Of a DNA stretch of 64,000 bases, positions 24,147-35,406 are shown piece after piece (position 1 is the first letter of the stretch; each line of letters opens with the position of its first letter). The notes under the pieces are model-generated. The model saw only the letters and a program-made list of their open reading frames with translations. It made no database searches and was not told where the DNA came from. The translations under genes were made by a program, and so were the position numbers. The DNA comes from Propionibacteriales bacterium (GTDB lineage Bacteria; Actinomycetota; Actinomycetes; Propionibacteriales; Nocardioidaceae): NCBI GenBank assembly GCA_038232655.1, contig JBBSNM010000001.1, forward strand, positions 61,460 to 125,459. Direction: 5' to 3'.

Positions 24147-24800
24147 TCAGGGTCGTGCGGACGAGTCAGACAGCGCGCGCGCGAAGTCGAGCAGGCGTTG
24201 CACCGCGTCGGCGCCATCGGCCGCTGCGCTGACACGGATCGAGAAGTCGTCGGCGGTGAGCGTCCCAGCGTAGCCGTGGTCGGCCTCGCACTCGGGGTCG
24301 GCGCACTGTGCCGGCTCCATGTCGATGCGGCGGACCGCACCCCAGGCGACGGTGAGGACCGCCTCGCTCGGCAGGCCCCCGCCGGTGCGGCCGGCGTCGG
24401 GCGCCGGGTGGGCCACCATGCGCTGCACGACCACCGAGCGGATGGCGGTCAGGGCGACCGACTCGGTCGTCGTCGCGGTGTACGGGGCGGGCAGCAGGTC
24501 GTCGGGTGGGTGCTCGTCGGTGTGCGCGACGACCAGCCGGGTGGGGGTCAAGACGACCACCGTGACGTGGCGGCGCACCTCGTCGTGGTCGAAGGTCGCC
24601 TCGTGGTGCACCAGGTGCTCAACCACCCCCTCCCCCGCGACCGCCGCCTCGACACCCTCGGCGACGGCGTCGGGGTAGTAGCCCGCCGCGTCGATGGCCG
24701 AGCGCAGCGACCCGGCCCCGTCGCCCGCGGGCTCGCCGCGGCCGGTCGGGCGCTTGTCCTGCGCCTCGTGGGATCGTCGAACGCGTCGGCCGTCTGCCAT
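24147..24800 (-). CDS. DUF5998 family protein, 217 aa
   Basis: The start is set at ATG 24800. It contains LRSAIDAAGYYPD...HHEATFD..TRLVVAHTDEH. As I recall, it is a conserved neighbour of Pat-type acetyltransferases. Confidence 0.6.
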   Translation of the reverse strand: MADGRRVRRSHEAQDKRPTGRGEPAGDGAGSLRSAIDAAGYYPDAVAEGVEAAVAGEGVVEHLVHHEATFDHDEVRRHVTVVVLTPTRLVVAHTDEHPPDDLLPAPYTATTTESVALTAIRSVVVQRMVAHPAPDAGRTGGGLPSEAVLTVAWGAVRRIDMEPAQCADPECEADHGYAGTLTADDFSIRVSAAADGADAVQRLLDFARALSDSSARP

Positions 24801-24825
24801 GGCGAACAGTCTCGCACGCACGTTC

Positions 24826-27516
24826 TCAGCTGGGGATCGTGTCGCCCGGCATTCGCGCCAGCCGGCGCACGAACAGGTCGCTGCGGGCATCACCGACCGG
24901 CCCCACCCGGGCTCGGGCGTCGAGGACCGACAGGTCTGCGGCGGAGGCCATCACCAGCGGCAGGTCGACGGCGACCAGCTGCGGCAGGTCGTTCTTCAGC
25001 CGAGCAATGCGCTGGACCAGGTCCTCGACCAGGGCCAGGTCGACCGGGTCGTTGCCGCGGTAGCCCGTCAGCATTGGAGCCGCGCGCAGCTCACGCACCA
25101 TCGCGGCGGCGTCGGCGTCGGTCATCGGGGGTATCCGGTAGGCCCGGTCACCTAGCAGCTCGCTGGGAGCCCCGGCGAGTCCGAAGGCCACCAGCGGCCC
25201 GAACAACGGGTCCTCCACGCCCTGCACGGTCACCGGCAGCCCCCTCGGGGCCATCTTCTGCACCACGAGGTGGCCCGCCCGGATGTCGGTCATGCCGGCG
25301 GTGATCGCCTGCCATGCCTGGCGCATCTCCTGCTCGTCATCGATGCCGCGCCAGACGTAGGCAAGGTCCGGGCGCAGCTTCAGCTGCTCGGCCTGCGCCT
25401 TGAGCACCACGTCCCAGCCGAGCTCGCGGCCGGCTGCCACCGCCGCGTCCAGGGAGTCGACCGGGGTCTGTTCCCACACGTCAACGCCGTACGCGGCCAG
25501 CACCGCCCGGGTCTGGTCGCGATCGAGCGCGGCGCCGTCCGGCGAGGCGAGCACCGCCCCCTCGACGATGCGGCGAGCCTCCGCGGCACGCACGTCGTCG
25601 TACCGGCGCACCTCGCCGGCGGGGGTGTCGAGCCAGCGTGCATAGGTCACCACCCGCGCCAGCGCCCGGACCGCTGCCTCGACCGCCGGGTACGACGGCA
25701 CCGAACCGCGACCCGGCGCCCCCTCGACGTCGCGGACCCGCAGCAGCTCGGGTACCCCTTCATTCCCGAGGAAGGAGGACACGATCGGCTTCTCCGACTG
25801 CTCACCCACCGCGGCGAGCACGTCGGCGACGTCCTCGCCGCCGGCCTCGAACGGCGGCACGTACACGACCACCACGGCATCGGTGCCCGGGTCGTCGATC
25901 GCCAGGTCGACCGCCCGCTCGAAGTGGTCGGCGGTCGCGTCGGCACCCAGCGCCACCAGGTCGGCGACCGTCAGGCCTACCGCCGCGGCGGCGTCGGCGG
26001 CCAGCAGCCCCACGGCGTCGGAGTTCCCGATGACCGCCACCCGGGGTCCACGCGGCAGCGGCTGGTATGCGAGCAGCTGGCCCACGTCGAACATCTCGTC
26101 GAGCCGGTCGACCTGGATGACGCCCGCCTGCCGGAACATGGCATCGACAGCGGCCGCCGGCACCTCACTGTGTCGCACCGCATGACCCACCGGGACGCCC
26201 TGGGTGGAGCGGCCAGACTTGACCGCGACCACCGGCTTGCGACGCGAGACCCGGCGCGCGATGCGCGAGAACTTGCGTGGGTTGCCGATGGACTCCAGGT
26301 ACAGCAGCACGACCTCGGTGGCGTCGTCCTCCTCCCAGTACTGCAGCAGGTCGTTGCCGGACACGTCGGCCCGGTTGCCCGCCGAGACGAACGTCGAAAG
26401 CCCGATTCCACGCCTGGCGACGCTCTCCAAAATGGCCGTCCCCAGTGCGCCGGACTGGCAGAAGAAGCCGACCCGGCCGCGGGCCGGCATCAGCGGTGAG
26501 AGGGAGGCGTTGATGCGCACACCGGGGGCGGTGTTGATGATCCCGAGGCAGTTCGGACCGACCAGGCGAAGCCCGTAGCTGCGGGCCAACCCGAGCAGCT
26601 GGCGCTGATGCTGGCGGCCCTCCTCGCCCGTCTCGGCGAATCCGGACGAGATCACGACGAGGCCGCGGACACCCTTGGCGGCGCAGTCGAGCACCACGTC
26701 GGTCACGGCCTCGGCCGGCACCGCCACCACCGCCAGGTCGACGTCGCCGGGAATCTCCTGCACCGAGCCGAACGCCGGCAGACCGGACACCGCCTCCGCC
26801 TGCGAGTTCACCGCGTGGACGGCGCCGGTGAAGTCGCCCAGCACCAGGTTGCGCACCAACCGCCGACCCACGGTGTCTTGTCGCCGGCTGGCGCCGACGA
26901 CCGCCACGCTGTGCACCTCGAAGAACGATCGCATCGACTCCGCCTCGGCCCGATGTTCGCGGGCCAGCAGCACGCCGACCGCGGTGTCGGTCTGCTCGAT
27001 GGGGAACTCCATGCGCAGAACACCGTCCGACACCTGGTCGGAGACCCGGTAGCCCTGCTCACGGAACACCTGGATCATCGCCCGGTTGTCTGGCAGCACG
27101 TCGGCGACGAAGCGACGCAACCCCCGGTCCCGGGCCGCCTGTGCCAGGTGCTCCAGCAACAGCTGGGCCAGCCCGCGACCCTGGTGCGCGTCCTCCACCA
27201 AGAAGGCGACCTCGGCCTGCTCGTCGTCCTCCGCCTCGTAGCGAGCCACCCCGATGATGTCGGCACCCAGGACGGCGACGAGCGCCACCCGGCGGTCGTG
27301 GTCCACGGTCGTGAAGCGTTCAACGTCTCGATCGGACAGCCGGGGGTACGGCGCGAAGAAGCGCAGGTACTTGGACTCCTCGGAGACCCGACCGTAGAAG
27401 CTGACCAGCCGTTCGGCGTCGCTGGGCCGGACCGGACGCAGCCGCACCGGTCGCCCGTCGCGCAGGACGACATCGGCCTCCCAGGCCCGCGGGGAGGCCT
27501 CCGGGTCGCCGCTCAT
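24826..27516 (-). CDS. pat: bifunctional GNAT acetyltransferase / NDP-forming acyl-CoA synthetase-like protein (Pat-type protein lysine acetyltransferase), 896 aa
   Basis: An N-terminal GNAT domain (FLVEDAHQGRGLAQLLLEHL) is followed by CoA-binding (SVAVVGAS), CoA-ligase and ATP-grasp domains. This is the domain order of actinobacterial PatA. Confidence 0.85.
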   Translation of the reverse strand: MSGDPEASPRAWEADVVLRDGRPVRLRPVRPSDAERLVSFYGRVSEESKYLRFFAPYPRLSDRDVERFTTVDHDRRVALVAVLGADIIGVARYEAEDDEQAEVAFLVEDAHQGRGLAQLLLEHLAQAARDRGLRRFVADVLPDNRAMIQVFREQGYRVSDQVSDGVLRMEFPIEQTDTAVGVLLAREHRAEAESMRSFFEVHSVAVVGASRRQDTVGRRLVRNLVLGDFTGAVHAVNSQAEAVSGLPAFGSVQEIPGDVDLAVVAVPAEAVTDVVLDCAAKGVRGLVVISSGFAETGEEGRQHQRQLLGLARSYGLRLVGPNCLGIINTAPGVRINASLSPLMPARGRVGFFCQSGALGTAILESVARRGIGLSTFVSAGNRADVSGNDLLQYWEEDDATEVVLLYLESIGNPRKFSRIARRVSRRKPVVAVKSGRSTQGVPVGHAVRHSEVPAAAVDAMFRQAGVIQVDRLDEMFDVGQLLAYQPLPRGPRVAVIGNSDAVGLLAADAAAAVGLTVADLVALGADATADHFERAVDLAIDDPGTDAVVVVYVPPFEAGGEDVADVLAAVGEQSEKPIVSSFLGNEGVPELLRVRDVEGAPGRGSVPSYPAVEAAVRALARVVTYARWLDTPAGEVRRYDDVRAAEARRIVEGAVLASPDGAALDRDQTRAVLAAYGVDVWEQTPVDSLDAAVAAGRELGWDVVLKAQAEQLKLRPDLAYVWRGIDDEQEMRQAWQAITAGMTDIRAGHLVVQKMAPRGLPVTVQGVEDPLFGPLVAFGLAGAPSELLGDRAYRIPPMTDADAAAMVRELRAAPMLTGYRGNDPVDLALVEDLVQRIARLKNDLPQLVAVDLPLVMASAADLSVLDARARVGPVGDARSDLFVRRLARMPGDTIPS

Positions 27517-27599
27517 GTCCCCGAACCTATCGGCCGGACCGGCGGCCGGCGTCGCGGACAGTTGTCCAACGGGGCTCGTGCGGGCCAGACTGACCGGTC

Positions 27600-29357
27600 A
27601 TGATCGACAACGCCACAACGTCCTTGCGTCGGGTCCGTGACCTGCTGATCGCCCACCGCGAGGATCCCGTCGCCGCCCGACAGGCCTTCGAGTGGCCCCG
27701 GCCGGAGCTCTTCAACTGGGCCACCGACTGGTTCGACGTGCTGGCGGCCGAGCAGCCGGCGCATACAGCGTTGTGGCTCGTTGAACCCGATGGCGCCGGG
27801 GAGGGGTTGCGGCACACCAAGGTGTCCTACGCCGACATGTCCCGCCGGTCCGACGAGGTGGCGGGCTGGCTGTGGTCGCTGGGCGTGCGCCGCGGCGACC
27901 GGGTGCTGCTCGTGCTGGGCAACGTGGAGCCGTTGTGGGAGCTGATGCTCGCCTGCACCCGCCTCGGCGCGGTGATGATCCCCGCGACGACGTTGCTCTC
28001 GACTGCCGACCTCGCCGACCGGGTCGAGCGGGGCGGGGTTGCGGTCGCGGTCGCGTCGGTCACCGACGCCGACCGCTTCGGCGACGTCGCAGCCGGCTGC
28101 GTCCGGATCGCGGTGGCCGACTCCACCACCGCTGCAGCCCCTGCCGGCTGGGTCGCGTACGGCGACAGCGAGGGCCACGCCGGGCTCGAGCGGGTGCTGG
28201 CCGCCGGCGGGGGCCGGCTGGAGCCGACCCGGGCCGACCAGCCGCTGCTGCTGTACTTCACGTCGGGAACAACCGCGCAGCCCAAGCTGGTCACCCACAC
28301 GCACGTGTCGTACCCGGTCGGGCACCTGTCGACGATGTACTGGCTGGGGCTGCAGAGCAGCGACGTGCACCTGAACATGTCGTCGTCGGGGTGGGCCAAG
28401 CATGCCTGGTCGTGCGTCTACGCCCCGTGGAACGCGGGCGCCACCGTCGTGGTGCATGCAGCGCCGCGCTTCGAGGCTTCGGCGCTGCTTCGGGTGCTGG
28501 TCGAGTGCGGTGTCAGCACGTTCTGCGCGCCGCCGACGGTGTGGCGGATGCTGGTGCAGGAGGACCTCACCGCCTACCAGCCGGTGCTGCGGGAGGTGGC
28601 GGCCGCCGGTGAGCCGCTGAACCCCGAGGTCATCGACCGGGTCCGGCAGGCGTGGGGGCTGACGGTGCGCGACGGCTTCGGCCAGACGGAGACGACCGCG
28701 CAGGTCGGGAACACCCCGGGTCAGCCGGTCAAGCCCGGTTCGATGGGGCGCGCGCTACCCGGCTACGAGATCGTTCTGGTCGACCCCGTGAGCGGAGAGT
28801 GCGGGGACGACGGGGAGATCTGCGTCGAGCTGTCACCCCGCCCGCTCGGGGTGATGGCGGGCTACGCCGGCGACGACGAGCTGACCGCCGAGGCGACCCG
28901 CGGCGGTGTGTACCACACCGGCGACGTGGCAACCCGCGACGAGGACGGCTACCTGACCTACGTCGGTCGCGCGGACGACGTCTTCAAGGCCAGTGACTAC
29001 CGGATCAGCCCGTTCGAGCTCGAGAGCGTGCTGGTGGAGCACCCGGCGGTGGCCGAGGCCGCGGTGGTGCCGTCACCGGACGAGCTGCGGATGGCCGTGC
29101 CGAAGGCCTTCGTGGCGCTGGCCGGCGGCCACCAACCCGACCGCGACACCGCCAGGTCGATCCTGGCGCACGCGCGGGAACGGCTGTCGCCGTACAAGCG
29201 GGTGCGCCGGCTGGAGTTCGCCGACCTGCCCAAGACCGTGTCGGGCAAGATCCGCCGCGTCGAGCTGCGCCAGGCCGAGGCCGACCGGGCAGCCCACGGG
29301 GCAGACGGCTCGTCGGAAACGTGGAGCGACGCCGACTTCCCCGAGCTTCGCACCTGA
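27600..29357 (+). CDS. AMP-forming acyl-CoA synthetase (ANL superfamily, medium-chain/acetate-type), 585 aa
   Basis: Contains [12 protein letters not shown] (A3), GQTE, YHTGD and the C-terminal [10 protein letters not shown] (A10; its Lys is encoded at 29247-29249). Confidence 0.85.
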   Translation: MIDNATTSLRRVRDLLIAHREDPVAARQAFEWPRPELFNWATDWFDVLAAEQPAHTALWLVEPDGAGEGLRHTKVSYADMSRRSDEVAGWLWSLGVRRGDRVLLVLGNVEPLWELMLACTRLGAVMIPATTLLSTADLADRVERGGVAVAVASVTDADRFGDVAAGCVRIAVADSTTAAAPAGWVAYGDSEGHAGLERVLAAGGGRLEPTRADQPLLLYFTSGTTAQPKLVTHTHVSYPVGHLSTMYWLGLQSSDVHLNMSSSGWAKHAWSCVYAPWNAGATVVVHAAPRFEASALLRVLVECGVSTFCAPPTVWRMLVQEDLTAYQPVLREVAAAGEPLNPEVIDRVRQAWGLTVRDGFGQTETTAQVGNTPGQPVKPGSMGRALPGYEIVLVDPVSGECGDDGEICVELSPRPLGVMAGYAGDDELTAEATRGGVYHTGDVATRDEDGYLTYVGRADDVFKASDYRISPFELESVLVEHPAVAEAAVVPSPDELRMAVPKAFVALAGGHQPDRDTARSILAHARERLSPYKRVRRLEFADLPKTVSGKIRRVELRQAEADRAAHGADGSSETWSDADFPELRT

Positions 29358-29404
29358 CGAGCGGCGGCTTCTCAACCGACGGCCCGACGGCCCGACGGCG
29401 CCGG

Positions 29405-30277
29405 TCACGGCGTGCGCAGCGCTTCGACGACGGCAGCCATGTCCTCGCTTCCGTGTCCGGCCGCGACGGCACGCTCAAGGACCGCCGCCACCGCATCGGC
29501 GACGCCCAGCCGCCCGCCCGCCCGCGAGACCGCGGCCCGCACCAGCCCGGCATCCTTGGCCGCCATCGCCAGCGGAAACGCGACCGGGTAGTCGCGGGCC
29601 ACCATCGCGCCGCCCTTGAGCTGGGCGTACGGGGCGCCAAGCGGACCGCCGTCGATGGTGTCGAGGAAGACCGCGGGGTCGACGCCGACGAGCTCGGCCA
29701 GGCGGATCGCGTCGGCGAGCGCGGCCAGCAACCCCAGCAGCCAGGCGTTGAGCACCAGCTTGAGCCTGCTCGCCTCGCCCACCGTGTCGAACCAGGTGGT
29801 GCTCGAACTGACGGCGTCCAGCACGACCGCACAGCGCTCGCGTACGGCCACCGGACCGGCAGCGAGGACGGCCAGCTGGCCGGACTCTGCCGGTTGACGG
29901 GTTCCGGCGACGGGGGCGTCGACGAAGCCGACGCGGTGCTGGCCCGCCAGCGCCGCCAGCCGGTCGCAGCCCTCGACCCCGACGGTGCTCATCTGCACCC
30001 AGACCGCGTCCGGGCCCACCGCATCCAGCACCATGCCGCCGTCGAGCGCGCCCGCCACCGCATCGGCGTCGGCGAGCATCGTGACCAGCAGGTCGCAGCC
30101 GTCGGCCGCCTCGGCGGCCGAGCCGGCGATGCGCAGCCCGTGCCGGGCCAGCGGCGCTGCCTTGTCGGCGGTGCGGTTCCACACCGTGACCTCGGCGCCC
30201 GCGGCCGCGGTGTTGCGCGCCATCGGCGCTCCCATCACCCCGGTGCCGAGCCAGCCGATCCGCAGCGCTGCGTCCAT
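29405..30277 (-). CDS. NAD(P)-dependent beta-hydroxyacid dehydrogenase family oxidoreductase, 290 aa
   Basis: Contains [14 protein letters not shown] (Rossmann fold) and the KL..N region typical of 3-hydroxyisobutyrate/6-phosphogluconate dehydrogenase-like enzymes. The start is set at ATG 30277. Confidence 0.8.
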   Translation of the reverse strand: MDAALRIGWLGTGVMGAPMARNTAAAGAEVTVWNRTADKAAPLARHGLRIAGSAAEAADGCDLLVTMLADADAVAGALDGGMVLDAVGPDAVWVQMSTVGVEGCDRLAALAGQHRVGFVDAPVAGTRQPAESGQLAVLAAGPVAVRERCAVVLDAVSSSTTWFDTVGEASRLKLVLNAWLLGLLAALADAIRLAELVGVDPAVFLDTIDGGPLGAPYAQLKGGAMVARDYPVAFPLAMAAKDAGLVRAAVSRAGGRLGVADAVAAVLERAVAAGHGSEDMAAVVEALRTP

Positions 30278-30361
30278 GTGGCGAGCCTCGCGCCCGACTC
30301 GCGGCGGCGCAACCCGCGTGCCGGGCCCGGCTGTCGGTGGTGGCCGACCACAATGAGGCCC

Positions 30362-32836
30362 ATGGCCCGCCGCACCACGACCCCCGCCCCGGACGACTTC
30401 GAGGAGCACGTCGTCGACATCGACGTGGGCGAGGAGATGCGCACCAGCTTCCTCGAGTACGCCTACTCGGTCATCTACTCACGCGCGTTGCCGGATGCGC
30501 GTGACGGGCTCAAGCCCGTGCAGCGCCGCATCCTGCACACCATGAGCGAGCTCAACCTCAGACCAGACCGCGGCCACGTCAAGAGCGCGCGAGTCGTCGG
30601 CGAGGTCATGGGCCGGCTGCACCCGCACGGTGACGGCGCCATCTACGACGCCCTCGTACGCCTGGCGCAGCCGTGGTCGATGCGGCTGCCGCTGGTCGAC
30701 GGGCACGGCAACTTCGGCAGCACCGACTCCGGTCCGGCCGCGATGCGCTACACGGAGTGCCGGATGGCCCCGCCGGCGGTGGCGATGACCACGTCCATCG
30801 ACGAGGACACCGTCGACTTCAAACCGAACTACGACAGCCGCGAGACCGAGCCGGTGGTGCTGCCGGCCGCCATCCCCAACCTGCTGGTCAACGGTGCGGC
30901 CGGCATCGCCGTCGGCATGGCCACCAACATGGCCCCGCACAACCTGGTGGAGGTGGTTGCGGCGCTGCGGCACCTGATCAGCCACCCCCGAGCCGACCTT
31001 GATGCGGTGATGCGCTTCGTGCCCGGCCCCGACCTGCCCACCGGCGGCAAGATCATCGGTCTCGGTGGTGTCCGCGACGCCTACGACACCGGTCGTGGGT
31101 CGTTCAAGATGCGCGCCACGGCCCGCATCGAGTCGGTGTCGGCCCGCCGCAAGGGCATCGTGGTCAGCGAGCTGCCGTACGGCGTGGGCCCCGAGAAGGT
31201 GATCGAGCGGATCAAGTCGCTGGTGCTGGCCAAGAAGCTGCAGGGCATCGCCGCCGTCAACGACTATTCCGACCTCAACGACGCGCTGCGGCTCGTCATC
31301 GAGGTCAAGAACGGGTTCAATCCCGAGGCGGTGCTCGAGCAGCTGTACCGGCTGACTCCCATGGAGGACTCGTTCGGCATCAACGCCGTCACGCTCGTGG
31401 ACGGTCAGCCGCGGACCCTGGGACTGCTCGAGCTGTTGCGGGTCTACCTCGACCACCGCCGGGACGTGGTGCGGCGGCGCAGCAGCTACCGCCGCGGCCG
31501 GGCCGCCGACCGGCTGCACCTGGTGGAGGGTCTGCTGCTGGCGATCCTCGACATCGACGAGGTGATCCAACTCATCCGCGGCAGCGACGACGCTGCCCAG
31601 GCGCGCGAGCGGCTGATGAGCGTGTTCGACCTGTCCGAGCTGCAGGCAGCCCACATCCTCGACCTCCCGCTGCGCCGGCTCACCAAGTTCTCCCGCCTCG
31701 AGCTGGACCGTGAGCAGGCCGAGCTGCGCTCGGCGATCGCCGAGCTGGACGCGATCCTGACCGACGCGAAGCTGCTCGACCAGGTGGTGGGTGCCGAGCT
31801 GTCCGAGGTGGCCAAACAGTTCGGTACGCCGCGGCGCACGGTCCTGCTCGAGTCGGCCGGTCAGTCGGCCCCCGCCAGCACGCCGCTCGAGGTCAGCGAC
31901 GACCCGTGCCTGGTGCTGTTGGGTGCCACCGGCCTGCTCGCGCGCACCACCACCGACGCCGCGCCCGGCAGCGGCGGTGCCCGCAACCGCCACGACGCGG
32001 TGCTCTCGGTCGTGCCCGCGACCGCCCGCGGCCAGGTCGGCGCGCTGACCACCACGGGGCGCATGCACCGCCTCGACGTCGTCGACCTGCCGACGCTGCC
32101 CGGCACCGCGCACGCGCCGCACCTGCAGGGTGGGGCGCCGGTCAGCGAGTTCCTCGCGCTGGCCGGCGAGGAGCGGGTGCTGTGCCTGATCGGGCTCGAC
32201 GAGCCCGCCGGTGCCGTGCTCGGCACGGCCCGGGGGGTGGTGAAGCGCGTCCAGCCGGACTACCCGGGCAACAAGGACGTCTGGGACGTCGTCCGCCTCG
32301 AGGACGGCGACCGGGTGGTCGGAGCCGCCCAGCTCCGAGACGATGCGGTCGCGGACACCGCGCTCGTCTTCGTCACTGCCGATGCCCAGCTGCTGCACTT
32401 CGCCGCCTCCGCGGTACGCCCCCAGGGCCGCGCCGGTGGCGGGGTCGCCGGCATCCGACTGGCGGCGGGCGTCGCTGCCGTCTTCTTCGGCGCAGTGCGG
32501 GACCCCGATGACGCCGTGGTCGTCACCGTGGCCGGCGCAGCCAGCGCCCTGCCTGGCACCGAGACCGGCACGGTCAAGGTCACCCGGTTCGGGGCCTACC
32601 CTTCGAAGGGCCGCGCCACCGGCGGCGTCCGCTGCCACCGGCTGCGCGCCGGCGCGGACCGTTTGCTGCTGGCCTGGGTGGGGTCCGGCCCGCCGCTGGC
32701 AAGCGGCAGCAGCGGCGGCGTGGTCGAGCTGCCGCCAGTCGACGACCGGCGCGACGGCTCCGGCGCGCCGGTCGACCAGCCCATCAGCGCCGTCGCGGCC
32801 CCGGTCGCCACCCAGGCGCCGACCGACGTCGTCTGA
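30362..32836 (+). CDS. parC: type IIA DNA topoisomerase subunit A (ParC/GyrA-like), 824 aa
   Basis: The start is set at ATG 30362 inside ORF 29321..32836. Contains [29 protein letters not shown] and the active-site AMRYTE. ParC rather than a second GyrA is inferred from the sigA-linked synteny. Confidence 0.85.
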   Translation: MARRTTTPAPDDFEEHVVDIDVGEEMRTSFLEYAYSVIYSRALPDARDGLKPVQRRILHTMSELNLRPDRGHVKSARVVGEVMGRLHPHGDGAIYDALVRLAQPWSMRLPLVDGHGNFGSTDSGPAAMRYTECRMAPPAVAMTTSIDEDTVDFKPNYDSRETEPVVLPAAIPNLLVNGAAGIAVGMATNMAPHNLVEVVAALRHLISHPRADLDAVMRFVPGPDLPTGGKIIGLGGVRDAYDTGRGSFKMRATARIESVSARRKGIVVSELPYGVGPEKVIERIKSLVLAKKLQGIAAVNDYSDLNDALRLVIEVKNGFNPEAVLEQLYRLTPMEDSFGINAVTLVDGQPRTLGLLELLRVYLDHRRDVVRRRSSYRRGRAADRLHLVEGLLLAILDIDEVIQLIRGSDDAAQARERLMSVFDLSELQAAHILDLPLRRLTKFSRLELDREQAELRSAIAELDAILTDAKLLDQVVGAELSEVAKQFGTPRRTVLLESAGQSAPASTPLEVSDDPCLVLLGATGLLARTTTDAAPGSGGARNRHDAVLSVVPATARGQVGALTTTGRMHRLDVVDLPTLPGTAHAPHLQGGAPVSEFLALAGEERVLCLIGLDEPAGAVLGTARGVVKRVQPDYPGNKDVWDVVRLEDGDRVVGAAQLRDDAVADTALVFVTADAQLLHFAASAVRPQGRAGGGVAGIRLAAGVAAVFFGAVRDPDDAVVVTVAGAASALPGTETGTVKVTRFGAYPSKGRATGGVRCHRLRAGADRLLLAWVGSGPPLASGSSGGVVELPPVDDRRDGSGAPVDQPISAVAAPVATQAPTDVV

Positions 32837-32881
32837 GCGCGCTCGGATAGGACGCGTGCGTACGCATGAGAGGCTGCAGGG

Positions 32882-33616
32882 ATGCCGCTGACCCGAACCA
32901 CCCGTGCCCTGGCCGTGCTCGCGGTGGCGGTGCTGCCGGTTGCGGCCGGCTGTTCAGGTGACGGCGACGACGCGCCGCCCGAGCCGGATGTGTCGAGCCG
33001 GCTCGAGTCGGCGCGTGCGCAGCTCGACGAGGCCACCAGCCTGCAGGTCCGACTGGTCTCCGACAACGTGCCCGACGGCACCGTGGGTCTGATCGAGGCG
33101 GACGGCGTCGGAAACCACGACCCGGCCTTCGAGGGGGTCGTCACCGTCGTCACCGGTGGCCTCGGCCAGGTCGACGCCGACGTCGTGTCCGTGCGGGGCG
33201 ACGTCGAGGCCAAGGTCGGCTTCGTACCGACGTACGCCCCGGTCGACCCCGACGACCTGGGAGCGCCGGACCCGGCCGCCCTGCTGTCGACCGAGAACGG
33301 TGTGTCCTCGTGGCTCACGCAGACCGAGAAGCCGGTGGCCGGCGAGGACAGTCGCGACGGCGAGGTGATCGTGACCGGTGTCAGCGGAACGCTGCCCGGA
33401 GCGGTCGTGAAGCAACTGATCCCCACCGCCGACGACACCGCCGACTTCGACGTCGTCTACCGGCTCACCGACGACGATGCCCTGCGAGACGCCGCCATCA
33501 CCGGTCCGTTCTACCCCGACGGTGCCGACGTCACCTACGACCTGACAGTCACCACCTCGGACCAGCCGGTCGACATCGAGCTGCCGTCGAAGTCCGACAC
33601 CGGCAACGGCGCCTGA
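32882..33616 (+). CDS. lprG: LppX/LprAFG family lipoprotein, 244 aa
   Basis: Has a signal peptide with lipobox LPVAAGC and LprG-like beta-rich sequence. It is followed by an MFS gene, as in the mycobacterial lprG-p55 operon. Confidence 0.75.
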   Translation: MPLTRTTRALAVLAVAVLPVAAGCSGDGDDAPPEPDVSSRLESARAQLDEATSLQVRLVSDNVPDGTVGLIEADGVGNHDPAFEGVVTVVTGGLGQVDADVVSVRGDVEAKVGFVPTYAPVDPDDLGAPDPAALLSTENGVSSWLTQTEKPVAGEDSRDGEVIVTGVSGTLPGAVVKQLIPTADDTADFDVVYRLTDDDALRDAAITGPFYPDGADVTYDLTVTTSDQPVDIELPSKSDTGNGA

Positions 33617-33623
33617 CGGCACC

Positions 33624-35399
33624 GTGCCGAGATCACGGGGCGAACCGGGGGTCGACCCTCGCAGCCGGCTGCTGCTCGGCCTGGCCGCGGTGGCGGTCGC
33701 CTTCGCCGCCGCGGACACCTACGTGGTGGTCCTCGCGCTGCCGGACATGATGGCTGCCGCCGGCCTGTCGAGCGAGCAACTGCAGCGGGCCGCACCGCTG
33801 ATCTCCGGTTTCCTGCTCGGGTACGTCGGCGCGCTGCCGCTCATCGGGCGCATCGCGGACCTGCGGGGCCGCACACCGGTGTTGGTCGGGTCGCTGGTCG
33901 TCTTCGCGATCGGTTCGCTGGTGACGGCGGCGGCCTACGACCTGCCCTCGATGGTCACCGGCCGCTTCGTGCAGGGCGTTGGTGGCGGCGGCCGGGTGCC
34001 GGCCACGTTGGCGCTGGTTGCCGACCTGTGGCCGGTCGAGCGGCGCGGGCTTCCCCTCGGTGTCGTCGGCGCGGTGCAAGAGCTCGGCTCGGTGCTCGGC
34101 CCGCTGTTCGGGGCGGTGGTGCTTGCGCTGGCCGACTGGCGGGCCATCTTCTGGATCAACCTCGCGGTGTCGCTGGCCCTGACCGCAGCCCTCGTCACGG
34201 CGACGTCGGCACCGGCCGCCGACCTCCCCGGCGCGGCCGGGGAGACGGCAACACCGCCACACCGGTTCCGGCCCGACTGGCCCGGTGCTGTGCTGGCCGT
34301 CGTCGCACTCCTCGCCCTGGCCACCGTGCTGCGGCAACCCGACGCCATGGTCACCGACGTCTCGCTGGGGCGGGCTTTCCTGCCGGTGGCCGGCGACTCG
34401 CGCTGGCTCAGCCCACTGGCGTTCGCGGTCTATGTCCTGCTCGTCGCCTTCGGCGTCCGCCAGCTCACCGCCCGCCGCCCGCTGCTGGCATGGCGCGAGT
34501 GGGGCGCCACCTTGGACCAGACCGACCTGCTCGGTGGGCTGCTGCTCGCGACGGCGCTGGCAGGGGTGATCGTGGCGTTCGCGTCGGCCGACCCGGAGGT
34601 GGCGGCGCTGTCCGCAGGCGGGGGGTGGTGGCTGCTGGTGGGCGTGCTGGGTGCGGCGGCCTTCGCCCGCCGGCAGCTGACGTCCAGCCATCCCCTGGTT
34701 CCCCGTGGCAGCCTGCACGCGCTGGGAGCACGCGGCGCGGTCGTTGTCTCGTTCCTCGTCGGTGCCGCGCTGATCGCCGCGCTCGTGGACATCCCCTTCT
34801 TTGCCCGGTTGACGGTCTATGGGGACTCCCAGCTCGACGCTGCGCTCGTCCTGGTCCGCTTCCTCGCCGCCCTGCCGGTCGGAGCCGTCGTCGGCGGCCT
34901 GCTCACCCGCCGCTTCGCCGTCGGCCCGCTCACGGCTGTCGGGATGGGTCTGGCGGTGGCCGGTTTCGTCTGGATGGCTGCCTGGGACGCCGACGCGCTG
35001 AGGTCCCCGCTGGCGACCGTGCCGCTCGTGCTGGCCGGCCTCGGCTTCGGGCTGGCGCTGGCGCCGGTGAACGCCGCGCTGCTGGCGCTCACCGCACGCG
35101 ACGTGCACGGAATCGCCAGTGCCCTGCTCGTCGTGGCCCGCATGGTGGGGATGCTGGTCGGCATCTCGGTGCTCACCACGCTCGGCCTGCGCCGCTTCTA
35201 CGCCGTCGCCGAGGAGATCCCGCCGGTGGCCGAGCTGTGCCCGGACGACCCGACGTCCTGCCCTGCGTTCGGCGAGGCGCTGCGTCTGGCGGGTCTCGAG
35301 CAACTCGAGGTGGTGTTTCTCGGCGCGGCGACCTGCGCGGGGCTGGCCGGAGCGCTGGCGCTGGTCGTCTTCGGCGGGGTGCCCCGCCCCGGCCGCTGA
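33624..35399 (+). CDS. MFS transporter (DHA2-like, P55-type), 591 aa
   Basis: Starts at GTG 33624. It has about 14 TM segments and motifs LIGRIADLRGR and RFVQGVGGGG. Confidence 0.8.
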   Translation: MPRSRGEPGVDPRSRLLLGLAAVAVAFAAADTYVVVLALPDMMAAAGLSSEQLQRAAPLISGFLLGYVGALPLIGRIADLRGRTPVLVGSLVVFAIGSLVTAAAYDLPSMVTGRFVQGVGGGGRVPATLALVADLWPVERRGLPLGVVGAVQELGSVLGPLFGAVVLALADWRAIFWINLAVSLALTAALVTATSAPAADLPGAAGETATPPHRFRPDWPGAVLAVVALLALATVLRQPDAMVTDVSLGRAFLPVAGDSRWLSPLAFAVYVLLVAFGVRQLTARRPLLAWREWGATLDQTDLLGGLLLATALAGVIVAFASADPEVAALSAGGGWWLLVGVLGAAAFARRQLTSSHPLVPRGSLHALGARGAVVVSFLVGAALIAALVDIPFFARLTVYGDSQLDAALVLVRFLAALPVGAVVGGLLTRRFAVGPLTAVGMGLAVAGFVWMAAWDADALRSPLATVPLVLAGLGFGLALAPVNAALLALTARDVHGIASALLVVARMVGMLVGISVLTTLGLRRFYAVAEEIPPVAELCPDDPTSCPAFGEALRLAGLEQLEVVFLGAATCAGLAGALALVVFGGVPRPGR

Positions 35400-35406
35400 G
35401 CCGCCG

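Noticed and set aside
29321-30361. An N-terminal 347-codon extension of the topoisomerase A-subunit ORF.
   Set aside because: It is antisense to the beta-hydroxyacid dehydrogenase gene and has junk composition. The conserved GyrA/ParC N-terminus starts at ATG 30362.
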